Counted from the stretch's first letter, positions 41,930 through 52,566 are shown. The stretch is DNA of 63,716 bases from Actinomycetota bacterium (GCA_041179025.1 JBEGUF010000035.1:1-63716); one strand, 5' to 3'. The notes: generated by a model not told the origin, from the sequence alone. Numbers and translations are program-made.

Positions 41930-43521
41930 TGTCGCTATTGGAACGGGCACAGGCCTGGTTGGCTCAAGACCCAGATCCGGTTACTCGCGCACAGTTGCAG
42001 CAGATTATCGATTCGGGCGACGAAACCGAATTACAGAAAAGTTTTGAACCGAGAATCACATTTGGAACCGCAGGGCTTCGAGGAGAACTTGGCGCGGGAG
42101 CAACTCGCATGAACCGAGTTCTGGTGGCCCAAGCCGCCAGAGGTTTGGCAGATTATTTGCTCGAACGGGAGGCCGAACCGTCGGTGGTAATCGGCTTTGA
42201 CGGCCGTCTGAACTCAGACGTCTTCGCGGAAGACAGCGCCCAGATTCTTGCCGGAGCGGGCATTCGAGTAACACTTTTTGATCGCTACGTCCCCACCCCG
42301 GTCGTGGCTCACTCGGTAAAGTTTGGCTATTACTCGGCCGGAATCATGGTCACCGCAAGCCATAACCCACCCAACGACAACGGCTACAAGGTTTACCTGG
42401 GTGGAGATTTCGGCGGTAGCCAGATCATTTCTCCCATCGACCGCGATATTGAAGCAAAGATTGTGGCGGTAGCCGAAAGCCTCACCTTCAACGAAATTCC
42501 TAAGTCTGATTCTTTTGAGCGAGGCGGCGAAAGCCTGCGCGAGGCTTACTACGCCTCCACCCTGAAGCTCACCGAGAGCCACTACTTCAACAACCGCCTC
42601 AAGGTGGTTTACACGGCCATGCACGGCGTTGGCTTGGAAACACTGAACGAACTTTTCACCCGAGCTGGAGCTTTGATTCCGGTTCCGGTTACCGAGCAGG
42701 TTCAACCGGACGGCACATTCCCCACTACGCCGTTTCCAAACCCGGAAGAACCGGGCGCGATGGATTTGGCTTTTGCCAAGGCTCGCGCGGTTGGCGCGGA
42801 TTTGATTATCGCAACCGACCCGGATGCCGACCGATTGGCTCTAGGTGTTCCGGTTCCTGGCGGGTTTATCCGCCTAACCGGAGACGAAGTTGGTTTACTG
42901 CTGGCTCACGAACTGGCAACACGGGCCAGCACCAAAGGCACTTTTGCCAATTCGATTGTGTCTTCGAGCGCTCTCCAGCGAGTTGCCGAGCAGCACGGCT
43001 TGAAGTATCAGCAAACTCTCACCGGCTTCAAATGGATCATGCGGGTGGAAAATCTGAGCTTTGGTTACGAAGAGGCACTCGGCTACGCGGTTGACCCAGG
43101 TCACACCCCCGACAAAGACGGGATTTCGGCAGCCTTGTTGGCTCTGTCGATTGCCGACCGTCTCTCCAAGAGCGGAACCAGCCTCGGCGATCATTTGGCA
43201 ACTCTCAAGGCGAAATACGGTTATCGACCAACCGCTCAGGTGAGTGTGCGCGTGGAAAACCGAGCCATGGTTTCAGAAATCCTAAATCGTCTCAGTGAAA
43301 ACCCTCCAACCGTTCTGCAGGGTCACGCGGTTCGGGTTGAAGATCTCTCTAAACCAACCGGAGCGCTTCCGCCGACCGACGGATTCAAACTGCATTTGGC
43401 CAATGGCGACTGGGTTATCTTGAGGCCGTCGGGCACCGAGCCAAAGTTCAAGGCTTATCTAGAGACCAGCGAAGAAAATCTTGAGGCACTGAAAACCGAA
43501 GTCAAAAAACTTCTGGTTTAG
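41929..43521 (+). CDS. Phospho-sugar mutase (PGM/PMM family, likely phosphopentomutase-like)
   Basis: FGTAGLRG, TASHNP, DPDADR, GYEEA, RPSGTEPK. Confidence 0.92.
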   Translation: MSLLERAQAWLAQDPDPVTRAQLQQIIDSGDETELQKSFEPRITFGTAGLRGELGAGATRMNRVLVAQAARGLADYLLEREAEPSVVIGFDGRLNSDVFAEDSAQILAGAGIRVTLFDRYVPTPVVAHSVKFGYYSAGIMVTASHNPPNDNGYKVYLGGDFGGSQIISPIDRDIEAKIVAVAESLTFNEIPKSDSFERGGESLREAYYASTLKLTESHYFNNRLKVVYTAMHGVGLETLNELFTRAGALIPVPVTEQVQPDGTFPTTPFPNPEEPGAMDLAFAKARAVGADLIIATDPDADRLALGVPVPGGFIRLTGDEVGLLLAHELATRASTKGTFANSIVSSSALQRVAEQHGLKYQQTLTGFKWIMRVENLSFGYEEALGYAVDPGHTPDKDGISAALLALSIADRLSKSGTSLGDHLATLKAKYGYRPTAQVSVRVENRAMVSEILNRLSENPPTVLQGHAVRVEDLSKPTGALPPTDGFKLHLANGDWVILRPSGTEPKFKAYLETSEENLEALKTEVKKLLV

Positions 43522-43793
43522 AGGAGAGCCTTTTCCAAGGCCTTAGTGATTTCGGAAACATCGATCACGTGCTTAATCGCGATGATTTCAGCATTCAAAC
43601 CCTCGAGCAGTGGAACTAGCTCTTCGGTGGTCATCACAATATTTGCCAAAGCCCCAAGCTGCCTTGCCTCGGCAACACCAACCGCCTCAACGGTTGCGCC
43701 TTCGTAGTCGAGACTCTTCAGCGCCTTCTCAATATTGTTTTTCAAAATGACACTGGTTCCGTAGCCAAGACCACACACTGCAACGATTCGCAT
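43518..43793 (-). CDS. PTS EIIB component (ascorbate/galactitol type)
   Basis: IVAVCGLGYGTS phosphorylation loop; ATG 43793 chosen as start. Confidence 0.85.
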   Translation of the reverse strand: MRIVAVCGLGYGTSVILKNNIEKALKSLDYEGATVEAVGVAEARQLGALANIVMTTEELVPLLEGLNAEIIAIKHVIDVSEITKALEKALL

Positions 43794-43797
43794 TAGT

Positions 43798-44223
43798 TCA
43801 TTCTCCCAGAACCGATAAGAGCCGAGCGCCAATTTGCCCGCTATCGGTGGCGGTTAAGACTTCGTTTCGCAAATCTTCATCGGAAAGCAAAGTTGCCAGT
43901 TCACCGAGTGCCTCGATGTGAGAATCATGATCCTTGGCTGCCATAGCGAACACGGCTTTGACCATTTTCCCTGAGCCGAAATCCACCGCTTCGCTTAGAA
44001 CGGCCAGTGAGATTGAATTTTTGTAAACCAGTGAGCCAGGTTCTGCGTGAGCGAGGGCGAACCCTTCGACCAACACCATGTAGGGGCCAAGCTCATCCAC
44101 CACTCGCGTCATGGCCTGCACGTACTCGGGAGAGACGTGACCCGCCGCAACCAATAAATCACCGGCGGCGGCGATTGCTTCCGAGTAGTGGTTGGCGCTA
44201 ACGCCAACACTAATCAAACTCAC
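43798..44223 (-). CDS. PTS EIIA component
   Basis: GPYMVL..GFALAHA and DHDSHIEAL. Confidence 0.87.
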   Translation of the reverse strand: MSLISVGVSANHYSEAIAAAGDLLVAAGHVSPEYVQAMTRVVDELGPYMVLVEGFALAHAEPGSLVYKNSISLAVLSEAVDFGSGKMVKAVFAMAAKDHDSHIEALGELATLLSDEDLRNEVLTATDSGQIGARLLSVLGE

Positions 44224-45305
44224 TATTTACGAGCCTTGGCGAAACCCTCGGTGATGATTTCAACCAATTCTTCTCGCGCGTCTAGCCCCTGAAAACTTGC
44301 TTCGGCTGCGTTTAGCTGAAGTTGTTCCAAATCGTCTAGGTCAAACTCAAAATGTTCCACGAGGAGTTCTAGTTCGCGGGTCACCGAGGTTCCGCTCATC
44401 AGGCGGTTGTCCGGGCTGATGGTTACTCGGAAACCGAGATCAAACAAAATAGCAACCGGGTGGTCTACGAAATCTTCACCGAGGTCGGAAACCGCTCCGG
44501 TTTGCATGTTCGACGACGGGCAAAGCTCCAGCGCAATCTGGCGGAAGTGAACCCATTCGGCGGTTTCGCCTAGCTGCACGAAATCGCGGCCGTCCTCCTC
44601 GCGCATGAGCAGGTCTTGGTAGATGCGAACGCCGTGGCCGAGACGCAGAGTTCGGCCAGCAATAATGGCATCGCGAATACTTTCGATGCCGTCGGCTTCC
44701 CCCGCGTGCACTGTGGTTGGGAACATCTGCTCGGCCAGGTAATCGAACGCTTCCCTGTGATTACTTGCAGGGAAACCGGCTTCAGGGCCGGCGATATCGA
44801 AACCAACCACACCGTTGTCGCGGTGACGAACTGCGAGTTCAGCTATCTCTAGCCCGCGGTCATTGTGGCGCATAGCCGTGACCAGCTGACCGGTGCGAAT
44901 GTAACCACCGGTTGCCTCAACGGCCTCAATGCCCTGCTCCAAGCCGTCTTGCACCGCTTCAACTACTTCATCGAGCGAGAGACCATTGGCAAGGTGCTGC
45001 TCTGGCGCCCAGCGAATTTCGCCATAAATCACTCCATCGGCGTGCAGGTCTTCCACGAATTCACGGGCAACTCGAGTGAGGCCGTGTTTGGTTTGCATTA
45101 CCGCCGTGGTGATGTCGAAGGTCTTGAGGTATTCAACCAGTGATCCGGAATTGGCTGATTCCAAGAACCACTGCTGTAGATCTTTGGCATTCGACGCAGG
45201 CAGCTCCAACCCGATTTCCTCAGCCAGTTCAACGATCGTCTGGGGGCGAAGGCCACCGTCTAGGTGATCGTGCAGCGAGATTTTCGGGAGTTTCTTGATG
45301 TTCAT
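44223..45305 (-). CDS. add: Adenosine deaminase
   Basis: LHDHLDGGLR, FDIAGPE, VHAGE, RLGHG, CPSSN, PDNRLMS. Confidence 0.96.
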   Translation of the reverse strand: MNIKKLPKISLHDHLDGGLRPQTIVELAEEIGLELPASNAKDLQQWFLESANSGSLVEYLKTFDITTAVMQTKHGLTRVAREFVEDLHADGVIYGEIRWAPEQHLANGLSLDEVVEAVQDGLEQGIEAVEATGGYIRTGQLVTAMRHNDRGLEIAELAVRHRDNGVVGFDIAGPEAGFPASNHREAFDYLAEQMFPTTVHAGEADGIESIRDAIIAGRTLRLGHGVRIYQDLLMREEDGRDFVQLGETAEWVHFRQIALELCPSSNMQTGAVSDLGEDFVDHPVAILFDLGFRVTISPDNRLMSGTSVTRELELLVEHFEFDLDDLEQLQLNAAEASFQGLDAREELVEIITEGFAKARK

Positions 45306-45320
45306 CTGTTTTCCTATTTT

Positions 45321-46307
45321 TTACTTGAGAGAGATTTCGTATTGAGTTGCTAAGGCCTTGAGTGCATCTAGTTCCCCAGCTGGGTAGGCAACTTCATGTT
45401 CCTGACTCATTAGCAAACCTCCATTGTTGAATGAGGCAACCGTCGAGCCCAGAGGGCCGCCGATGAATTCACTCTCCAAATCGGCGGCAATCAATTCCAG
45501 AAGCCTAGGTCCGGCCTGAGGAATAACCGTGGCCGCAATGAGAGCCTTCTGATTCTCAAACGCCGGATCAACATATAGGTCTCTGCCGAAGCCCACCACT
45601 TTGAAACTGTCGACATAGGCATCATCTGTTGGAATCTGATCACGGCATCCGTAGTTCAAAATCACATCGGTCAGCCGGTTTAGGTTTCCATCAGAGGTGA
45701 GGCGCGTGGTTACTTTGTTTTGCGAATCGAAAGCAGACACACCGGCTCGAACTCCATCGAGGTATCGAACGTTCACCGAGCTACCGCAGACGATCGCCAA
45801 TTCGCGGTTTTCGCTGAAACTAGCGGCCGCGTGCCCAGCCAGTAAACCCGCTTCGTAAACATCGATGCGATAAACCGCGAGGTTCTCTAGATCGGTTCCC
45901 AGAATCTCTGGGTCTAAACCGTCGGTGATAAACAAAAAATGGGTCTCCGGGTTAGCCGAAACCACGCCAACCAAACTCTCGGCGAAGCGAGAACCAACCA
46001 CGCTGATCAAATTGCATTTGGCTTTCACCAAACGGTTCATCGTGGTTTCAAACTTCGACGGATTTGTGGCCACAACGGTCTTCTGAATTCCGAAAGTAAC
46101 CACGGCCTGGTTCAGGGAATAGAGGGAAGAATCGTTGATTCCGATGCGATTTGGGTCGCCGTCGGTTACCAAACACGCTCGGTAGTCAACCGCCTCGGTT
46201 GGTGAATCAGCTGGCAGGGTTGAGCAGCCAGAAAGCATTCCCGCGAGCGCAAAAAGTGTTGCGGCAGCCGTGACCGGTCGGCTTTTTAAATTTTTTGGCA
46301 CAATCAC
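45321..46307 (-). CDS. Divergent BMP-family (nucleoside-binding-like) lipoprotein
   Basis: Lipobox LSGC, YRACLVTD, CNLISVVG, YEAGLLAG.AA. Confidence 0.7.
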   Translation of the reverse strand: MIVPKNLKSRPVTAAATLFALAGMLSGCSTLPADSPTEAVDYRACLVTDGDPNRIGINDSSLYSLNQAVVTFGIQKTVVATNPSKFETTMNRLVKAKCNLISVVGSRFAESLVGVVSANPETHFLFITDGLDPEILGTDLENLAVYRIDVYEAGLLAGHAAASFSENRELAIVCGSSVNVRYLDGVRAGVSAFDSQNKVTTRLTSDGNLNRLTDVILNYGCRDQIPTDDAYVDSFKVVGFGRDLYVDPAFENQKALIAATVIPQAGPRLLELIAADLESEFIGGPLGSTVASFNNGGLLMSQEHEVAYPAGELDALKALATQYEISLK

Positions 46308-46396
46308 AAGTTTAAGCCCCTCGATTCAAAGTCTCGTTTCCCGTTTGGGTTAGAATTAGGGAAGTTGCTATCAACGTTGACCAACCAGGAGGCACA

Positions 46397-46789
46397 GTGC
46401 CAACCAAGCCAACCGGAACCCTCTACCGAGGCAAGACCGGCATGTGGGCGTGGGTTTTACACCGCATCACAGGCGTCGCGATTTTCTTTTTCCTCCTAGT
46501 TCACGTGCTTGACACAGCTCTGGTGCGCCTAAGCCCAGAGGCTTACAACGAGGTCATCGCAACCTACAAAACGCCTCTAATCGGCTTCGCCGAGCTTGGT
46601 CTTGTGGCTGCAGTTTTGTACCACGGATTCAACGGTTTGCGCGTAATCCTGATCGACTTCTGGAGCAAGGGCTCTAAGTACCAGGTAGCAATGTTCTGGG
46701 TTGTGATTGCCGTCACCGTCATCACTCTCGCGTTCTTCGCACCTCGCCACATCGTCAATGTTTTGAGCCACATGACGGAAGGTCACTAA
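46397..46789 (+). CDS. sdhC: Succinate dehydrogenase cytochrome b subunit
   Basis: WVLHRITG, YHGFNGLR; RBS AGGAGG. Confidence 0.95.
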   Translation: MPTKPTGTLYRGKTGMWAWVLHRITGVAIFFFLLVHVLDTALVRLSPEAYNEVIATYKTPLIGFAELGLVAAVLYHGFNGLRVILIDFWSKGSKYQVAMFWVVIAVTVITLAFFAPRHIVNVLSHMTEGH

Positions 46790-47223
46790 TGGTTACCATC
46801 GAAACCCCTCGCAGCCCACGAAGCCGTAAGTCAGCTCAGCGTGAAAAAATCGCTTGGTTGTTCATGCGCGCCTCAGGTGTAATTCTGATTTTCCTAGTCT
46901 TCGGACACCTTTACATCAACCTGTTCACGGGTGAGGGAATCAAGGCCATCGATTTCGCTTTCGTTGCCGGCAAGTGGGCAGACCCGTTCTGGCAGGTTTG
47001 GGACACCGCGATGCTATCGCTCGCGCTACTTCATGGAACAAATGGCATGAGAACACTGGTTAACGATTACAGCGAGCGCGAACGCGTGCGCAAAGTGTTG
47101 AACGCTTCACTCTGGACTGTTTGCATTTTGCTCATAATTCTCGGAACGCTGGTCACCACCACCTTCGATCCATGTCCAGACACCAGTGTGGTCGACGCAC
47201 TGCCACAGTTCTGCAACAAGTAA
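46789..47223 (+). CDS. sdhD: Succinate dehydrogenase hydrophobic anchor
   Basis: WLFMRASG, LHGTNGMRT..DY. Confidence 0.93.
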   Translation: MVTIETPRSPRSRKSAQREKIAWLFMRASGVILIFLVFGHLYINLFTGEGIKAIDFAFVAGKWADPFWQVWDTAMLSLALLHGTNGMRTLVNDYSERERVRKVLNASLWTVCILLIILGTLVTTTFDPCPDTSVVDALPQFCNK

Positions 47224-47235
47224 GAAAGACTTCAA

Positions 47236-48990
47236 TTGAGTAAGCCAAAGGTTCACAACCACCAGTACGACATCGTTATCGTTGGCGCGGGTGGCGCTGG
47301 CATGCGTGCCGCGATCGAGGCTGGCCCTCACGCGAAGACTGCTGTTATCTCTAAGCTTTTTCCAACTCGTTCGCACACCGGTGCAGCTCAGGGTGGAATG
47401 GCCGCGGCTCTTGCCAACGTTGAAGAAGACAGCTGGGAGTGGCACACTTTCGACACCGTTAAAGGTGGCGACTACCTGGTAGACCAGGACGCCGCTGAGA
47501 TCTTGGCTAAGGAATCGGTTCAGGCCGTAATCGATCTTGAGAACATGGGCCTTCCGTTCAACCGCACGCCAGACGGCAAGATCGACCAGCGCCGTTTCGG
47601 TGGTCACACTCGCGACCACGGTAAGGCTCCGGTTCGTCGCAGTTGCTACGCAGCCGACCGCACCGGTCACATGATTCTGCAGACCCTGTACCAAAACTGC
47701 GTAAAACTTGGCATCGAGTTCTACAACGAGTTCTACGTACTAGACCTAGTAATGAACACCGTCGACGGCGAAGAGCGCCCGAGCGCGGTAGTTGCCTATG
47801 AACTGGCAACCGGCGAGATTCACATCTTCCAGGGCAAGTCGATCATTTTTGCAACCGGTGGTTTCGGCAAGATCTTCAAGACCACCTCAAACGCTCACAC
47901 CCTAACCGGCGACGGCGTTGGCATCATCTGGCGCAAGGGTCTTCCGCTGGAAGACATGGAGTTCTACCAGTTCCACCCAACCGGTCTAGCCGGTCTCGGC
48001 ATCCTTCTTTCTGAGGCTGCTCGTGGTGAAGGTGGCATCCTTCGTAACGCCTCCGGTGAACGTTTCATGGAACGCTACGCACCAACCATCAAAGACCTAG
48101 CTCCACGCGACATGGTTGCCCGTGCTATGGCCAACGAGGTTCGTGAGGGTCGCGGCGCCGGGCCACACAAAGACTACGTATTGCTTGACCTAACTCACCT
48201 TCCACCTGAGGTCATCGACGCCAAACTTCCAGACATCACCGAGTTTGCTCGCACCTACCTCGGCGTTGAGCCTTACACCGAGCCAGTGCCGGTGTTCCCA
48301 ACCGCTCACTACGCGATGGGTGGAATCCCAACCAACATCAAGGCCGAAGTTTTGCGCAACAACAAAAAGGTTGTGCCAGGGCTTTACGCTGCCGGTGAAT
48401 GCGCCTGTGTTTCGGTTCACGGGGCCAACCGCCTCGGAACCAACTCGCTTCTGGACATCAACGTGTTCGGCAAGCGCGCTGGAATCTACGCGGTTGAATA
48501 CGCGAAGACCGCAAAGCATGTTCCAGTTCCAAAAGATGCTGCGAAAGATGTCCTGGAGCTAATCGAGATGATGCAGAACTCGACCGGAACCGAGAAGGTC
48601 GCTGTGCTCCGCAAGGAACTGCAGGACACCATGGACAAAAACGCTCAGGTTTACCGCACCGAGGAATCACTCGACGAAGCGCTGGCCGTAATCGCCGATC
48701 TTCGCAAGCGCTACGAGAACATTCAGGTTCAAGACCGTGGAGCACGATTCAACACCGACCTACTCGAAGCAATCGAGCTGGGCTTCCTATTTGACCTTGC
48801 CGAAGTTCTAGTGGTTACCTCGAAAGAGCGCCGCGAGAGCCGCGGAGGCCACTTCCGTGAAGACTACCCAGACCGCAACGACGACAAGTTCATGGTTCAC
48901 TCGATGGCCTACAAGACCGACAAGAAAATAAAGATCGACTGGAAACCAGTGGTCATAACCAACTACCCACCGATGGAGCGTAAGTACTAA
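47236..48990 (+). CDS. sdhA: Succinate dehydrogenase flavoprotein
   Basis: [34 protein letters not shown]. Confidence 0.98.
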   Translation: MSKPKVHNHQYDIVIVGAGGAGMRAAIEAGPHAKTAVISKLFPTRSHTGAAQGGMAAALANVEEDSWEWHTFDTVKGGDYLVDQDAAEILAKESVQAVIDLENMGLPFNRTPDGKIDQRRFGGHTRDHGKAPVRRSCYAADRTGHMILQTLYQNCVKLGIEFYNEFYVLDLVMNTVDGEERPSAVVAYELATGEIHIFQGKSIIFATGGFGKIFKTTSNAHTLTGDGVGIIWRKGLPLEDMEFYQFHPTGLAGLGILLSEAARGEGGILRNASGERFMERYAPTIKDLAPRDMVARAMANEVREGRGAGPHKDYVLLDLTHLPPEVIDAKLPDITEFARTYLGVEPYTEPVPVFPTAHYAMGGIPTNIKAEVLRNNKKVVPGLYAAGECACVSVHGANRLGTNSLLDINVFGKRAGIYAVEYAKTAKHVPVPKDAAKDVLELIEMMQNSTGTEKVAVLRKELQDTMDKNAQVYRTEESLDEALAVIADLRKRYENIQVQDRGARFNTDLLEAIELGFLFDLAEVLVVTSKERRESRGGHFREDYPDRNDDKFMVHSMAYKTDKKIKIDWKPVVITNYPPMERKY

Positions 48991-49739
48991 TGTCTACCGC
49001 AGTCGCTGAAACCACTGAAATCGGTGTAGTGCCAAGCTTCACCGTTACCCTGTTCGTTCGCCGCTTCAGCAAAGAAGACGGCCTCGAGGCTCGCTGGGAA
49101 GACTTCGACGTAACCGTGCACGGCACCGACCGCGTGCTCGACGCACTACACAAGATCAAGTGGGAAGTCGATGGTTCGCTTTCATTCCGTCGCAGTTGTG
49201 CTCACGGTGTCTGTGGCTCGGACGCCATGCGAATCAACGGCCGCAACCGCCTGGCTTGCAAAACCCTAATCAAGGACCTAGACATCACTCAGCCGATCTA
49301 CGTTGAGCCAATCAAGGGCCTTGAGGTTGAAAAAGACCTAATCGTAAACATGGAACCCTTCTACAAGGCCTACCGCGACGTGAAGCCGTTCCTCATCGCC
49401 AGCGACAAGCCAAAGGCCGAGCGCATCCAGAGCCCAGAAGACCGCGAGCGCTTCGACATGACCACCAAGTGCATCCTCTGCGCAGCCTGCACCTCAAGCT
49501 GCCCAGTGTTCTGGACCGACGGTCAGTACTTCGGCCCGGCTGCCATTGTGAACGCTCACCGCTTCATCTTCGACTCACGAGACGAAGCAGCCGACGTGCG
49601 TCTTGAAATCCTGAACGACAAAGAGGGTGTGTGGCGCTGCCGCACCACCTTCAACTGCACCGAGGCTTGCCCTCGCGGCATCGAGGTTACTCGTGCGATT
49701 GCCGAAGTTAAGCAAGCCATCCTTCGCGGCAAGCCGTAA
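48990..49739 (+). CDS. sdhB: Succinate dehydrogenase iron-sulfur subunit
   Basis: SCAHGVCGSD, CILCAACTSSCP, CRTTFNCTEACP. Confidence 0.98.
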   Translation: MSTAVAETTEIGVVPSFTVTLFVRRFSKEDGLEARWEDFDVTVHGTDRVLDALHKIKWEVDGSLSFRRSCAHGVCGSDAMRINGRNRLACKTLIKDLDITQPIYVEPIKGLEVEKDLIVNMEPFYKAYRDVKPFLIASDKPKAERIQSPEDRERFDMTTKCILCAACTSSCPVFWTDGQYFGPAAIVNAHRFIFDSRDEAADVRLEILNDKEGVWRCRTTFNCTEACPRGIEVTRAIAEVKQAILRGKP

Positions 49740-49772
49740 GACTCTCAGACTCCGCTGGTAAAATCGGCAATC

Positions 49773-51263
49773 ATGCCTAAACGCGCAATTTCTTTGCTCG
49801 TTACCCTTACCCTTTTCTTTGGTCTTTTCGGTAACGTGTCACCTGCGCACGCTATTCCCAACTCGCTCCGCGAGGGAACCGACGAAGCCGCAAGCCTGTT
49901 CGACCCGCTGCGTCCGTTTACCGTTTCTGTGATTCGACAGCTCGGAGGCCCCGCGCTCACGCACCGTTATCTCGACAGCCCAACCTACCGACGCGCTACC
50001 GTGAAGATAACTTTCTCGGGTGGCAAGAAGTATGTGGTTTTCAAAAACATCGGGGTTCGGCTCAAAGGTGCCACCAGCCGTAAGTATGAGAAAGCATCGC
50101 TGAAAATCAAGTTCGACGCATTCGTGCAAAAACAGGAATTCAAAGGGTTGAAGCGGCTCACCCTAAACGCGATGATGCACGACCCGTCGCAGGTTCACGA
50201 AGCCACCTCCTATCGCCTATTCCGCGCCGCGGGAGTTCCAGCACCTCGAACCGGCTACGCCAGAGTTCACTTAGACGGCAGCTACATGGGGCTTTACCTA
50301 AATCTCGAGTCGCTCGATTCCAAGATGCTCGGTCGGTGGTTTGAGAATACCGAACACGTTTACTCAGGCCCGCGTCCGTGTGATCTAACCCCCAACAACT
50401 CCTGCTACGTTTCCAATACCGGAACCACCGATCGTTCGGATGTGCTGGAAGCCGGCAAACTTCACCTGCTTCGAGGAAGTGAATGGTGGCGAGAACTAAA
50501 CAAGAAAACCGATGTCAACAAACTCATGGATTTTCTGGCCGCCGAAATTTTCCTCAGCCACTGGGACGGCTACGGCGATTTCATGCGCAACAACCACTAC
50601 GTACACTTCGACAAGGATGGAAAATTCACCCTAATCCCTTGGGGTACCGACCAAACCTTCCCCACCGAGCGCAAACACCAGCTCACCTGGAATGCTTCTA
50701 AGCCGGTTTATCTGGCCGACTCCACTGAGCGCTCATCGATCATTACTCACTGCCTCGCCTACACTCGCTGCGAAGAAAAGCTTTTACAAGCGGGCTACCG
50801 AATCTCGAAACTGGCAACCAAAATCGACCTGGCCGGTTATTCGCAGAAAATCATGGACAAAATCAATCAGAAACGTTTCGTGATCAACGACCTCAACGGC
50901 GACAATGGCAAAACCCGGTCTTTGGAGCAAGAGTGGATTGCGCCCTACATTGCCCTCAGCCAAAGCAACCTCGCTAACTTCCTAAAGGTTCGCCCACCCA
51001 GCCGAGTTACTGCAAAACTTCCAACCCCGCTCGTGGTTGGAACTGAAGTGATCTCAGAAATTGAGCAACTTTGGGAACCCGGAGTAACGGCAAAGTACCA
51101 GTGGTTTATCGGCAGCAAGCCAATTGAAGGCGCAAAAACCCGCAAACTCCAAATCGTCGACGATTTCAACGGACGAAAAATCAAACTCCGCATCACCCTC
51201 AAAAAAGAGGGAGTTTCCGACACCGTTTACTTCACACGAGCCCACAAGGTTCGGTCAAACTAG
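49773..51263 (+). CDS. Secreted CotH-family kinase with C-terminal Ig-like segment
   Basis: Signal peptide; GVRLKG, SLKIKFD, YMGLY...E, HWDGY, NNHYV, IPWGTD. Confidence 0.82.
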   Translation: MPKRAISLLVTLTLFFGLFGNVSPAHAIPNSLREGTDEAASLFDPLRPFTVSVIRQLGGPALTHRYLDSPTYRRATVKITFSGGKKYVVFKNIGVRLKGATSRKYEKASLKIKFDAFVQKQEFKGLKRLTLNAMMHDPSQVHEATSYRLFRAAGVPAPRTGYARVHLDGSYMGLYLNLESLDSKMLGRWFENTEHVYSGPRPCDLTPNNSCYVSNTGTTDRSDVLEAGKLHLLRGSEWWRELNKKTDVNKLMDFLAAEIFLSHWDGYGDFMRNNHYVHFDKDGKFTLIPWGTDQTFPTERKHQLTWNASKPVYLADSTERSSIITHCLAYTRCEEKLLQAGYRISKLATKIDLAGYSQKIMDKINQKRFVINDLNGDNGKTRSLEQEWIAPYIALSQSNLANFLKVRPPSRVTAKLPTPLVVGTEVISEIEQLWEPGVTAKYQWFIGSKPIEGAKTRKLQIVDDFNGRKIKLRITLKKEGVSDTVYFTRAHKVRSN

Positions 51264-51285
51264 TTTTTCTCAATAGAGTAAACCT

Positions 51286-51735
51286 ATGGAAGAAATCTGT
51301 TCGGGTAACTGCAGCACTGCAAAACACCAGCACAAAGAATTGAGCCGTAAAGCGCTGCTCTCCGGCCTAGCCGCCCTGCTCACCGGCGTTGGCCTCACCT
51401 CGCTAGGCGCAGAAGCCGCCGAAGCCGCCACCAAATACAAGGTGACTCTGGCCACTAGCGTTCCGGTTGGAAGCGCCAAGACTTTCACGGTGAAGGGCCG
51501 ATCGATTCTGATTACCCAACCGAGATCAGGCGTTTTCCGAGCCTTTAAAAATGCTTGCTCTCACCAGGGAGCGCCGCTGGGTTCACAAAAACTCAGCTCG
51601 GGCTCAATCCGATGTAACCAGCACGGTGCAACCTTCGACGCCAGCACCGGAAGTGTGAAACGCGGCCCGGCCTCTCGCTCGCTCACCAAATACACCGCCA
51701 CCAAAACCGGCAGCTACATCTACGTATCCATCTAG
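51286..51735 (+). CDS. Exported Rieske [2Fe-2S] protein
   Basis: CSHQG and CNQHG Rieske boxes; Tat-like SRKALL followed by a hydrophobic helix. Confidence 0.87.
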   Translation: MEEICSGNCSTAKHQHKELSRKALLSGLAALLTGVGLTSLGAEAAEAATKYKVTLATSVPVGSAKTFTVKGRSILITQPRSGVFRAFKNACSHQGAPLGSQKLSSGSIRCNQHGATFDASTGSVKRGPASRSLTKYTATKTGSYIYVSI

Positions 51736-51753
51736 CAAAAGTAAACTTGGGCT

Positions 51754-52557
51754 ATGCCTAAGACCCTGAACATCGCAACCATCAACGTCAACGGCATTCG
51801 TGCCGCCCATCGCAACGGCTTTGGCGATTGGCTAAAAGCCCACAAACCAGACATCATCACTCTCCAAGAGGTTCGAGCTGAGCTTGCCGATGTGGAGAAA
51901 GTCATTGCCGATATCTGGCCGGAAGCAAACATCTACCTCGACGAAGCCACGGCCAAAGGTCGCGCCGGGGTTGCCATCATCACCGAACTAACCCCAACCA
52001 GAACCAGCACCACCTTCGGTCCTGAAGACTTCGACTCGAAAGGTCGTTGGTTGGAAGCCGACTTTAACATCGATGGCGAAACCATCACCGTGGTCTCCAC
52101 CTACGTTCACGCGGGCGAAGCCGGCACCCCCAAGCAAATCGAGAAATACAAATTCCTCGATGCCATGCTCATCCGCCTCAACGAACTCAAAGACCAGAAA
52201 GCCGTGATCACCGGTGATCTCAATGTTGGCCACACCGAACTCGATATCAAGAACTGGAAGGGCAACCTCAAGAACTCCGGCTTCCTGCCTGAAGAGCGCG
52301 CCTACTTCGATAAGTTCATGAACGAACTCACCTATATCGACATTGGAAGACGAGAACACCCAGAAGAACCAGGCCCTTACACCTGGTGGTCTCAGCGCGG
52401 CCAGGCCTTCGACACCAACACCGGTTGGCGCATCGACTATCACCTAGCAACCCCTGCCCTTGCTGCGAAAGCCAGCAACTACAAAGTTCACCGAGCCGCT
52501 AGCTACGACACCCGCTGGACCGACCACTCCCCGGTCACCGTCGACTACTCCATCTAG
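51754..52557 (+). CDS. xth: Exodeoxyribonuclease III / AP endonuclease
   Basis: NVNGIRA, LQEV, GDLNV, YTWW, GWRIDY, DHSP. Confidence 0.95.
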   Translation: MPKTLNIATINVNGIRAAHRNGFGDWLKAHKPDIITLQEVRAELADVEKVIADIWPEANIYLDEATAKGRAGVAIITELTPTRTSTTFGPEDFDSKGRWLEADFNIDGETITVVSTYVHAGEAGTPKQIEKYKFLDAMLIRLNELKDQKAVITGDLNVGHTELDIKNWKGNLKNSGFLPEERAYFDKFMNELTYIDIGRREHPEEPGPYTWWSQRGQAFDTNTGWRIDYHLATPALAAKASNYKVHRAASYDTRWTDHSPVTVDYSI

Positions 52558-52566
52558 GATTAACCC

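Noticed and set aside
47107-47694. 195-aa ORF antisense to sdhD/sdhA, and the many similar 60-165 aa nested ORFs
   Set aside because: Expected from codon bias on the opposite strand of highly expressed genes
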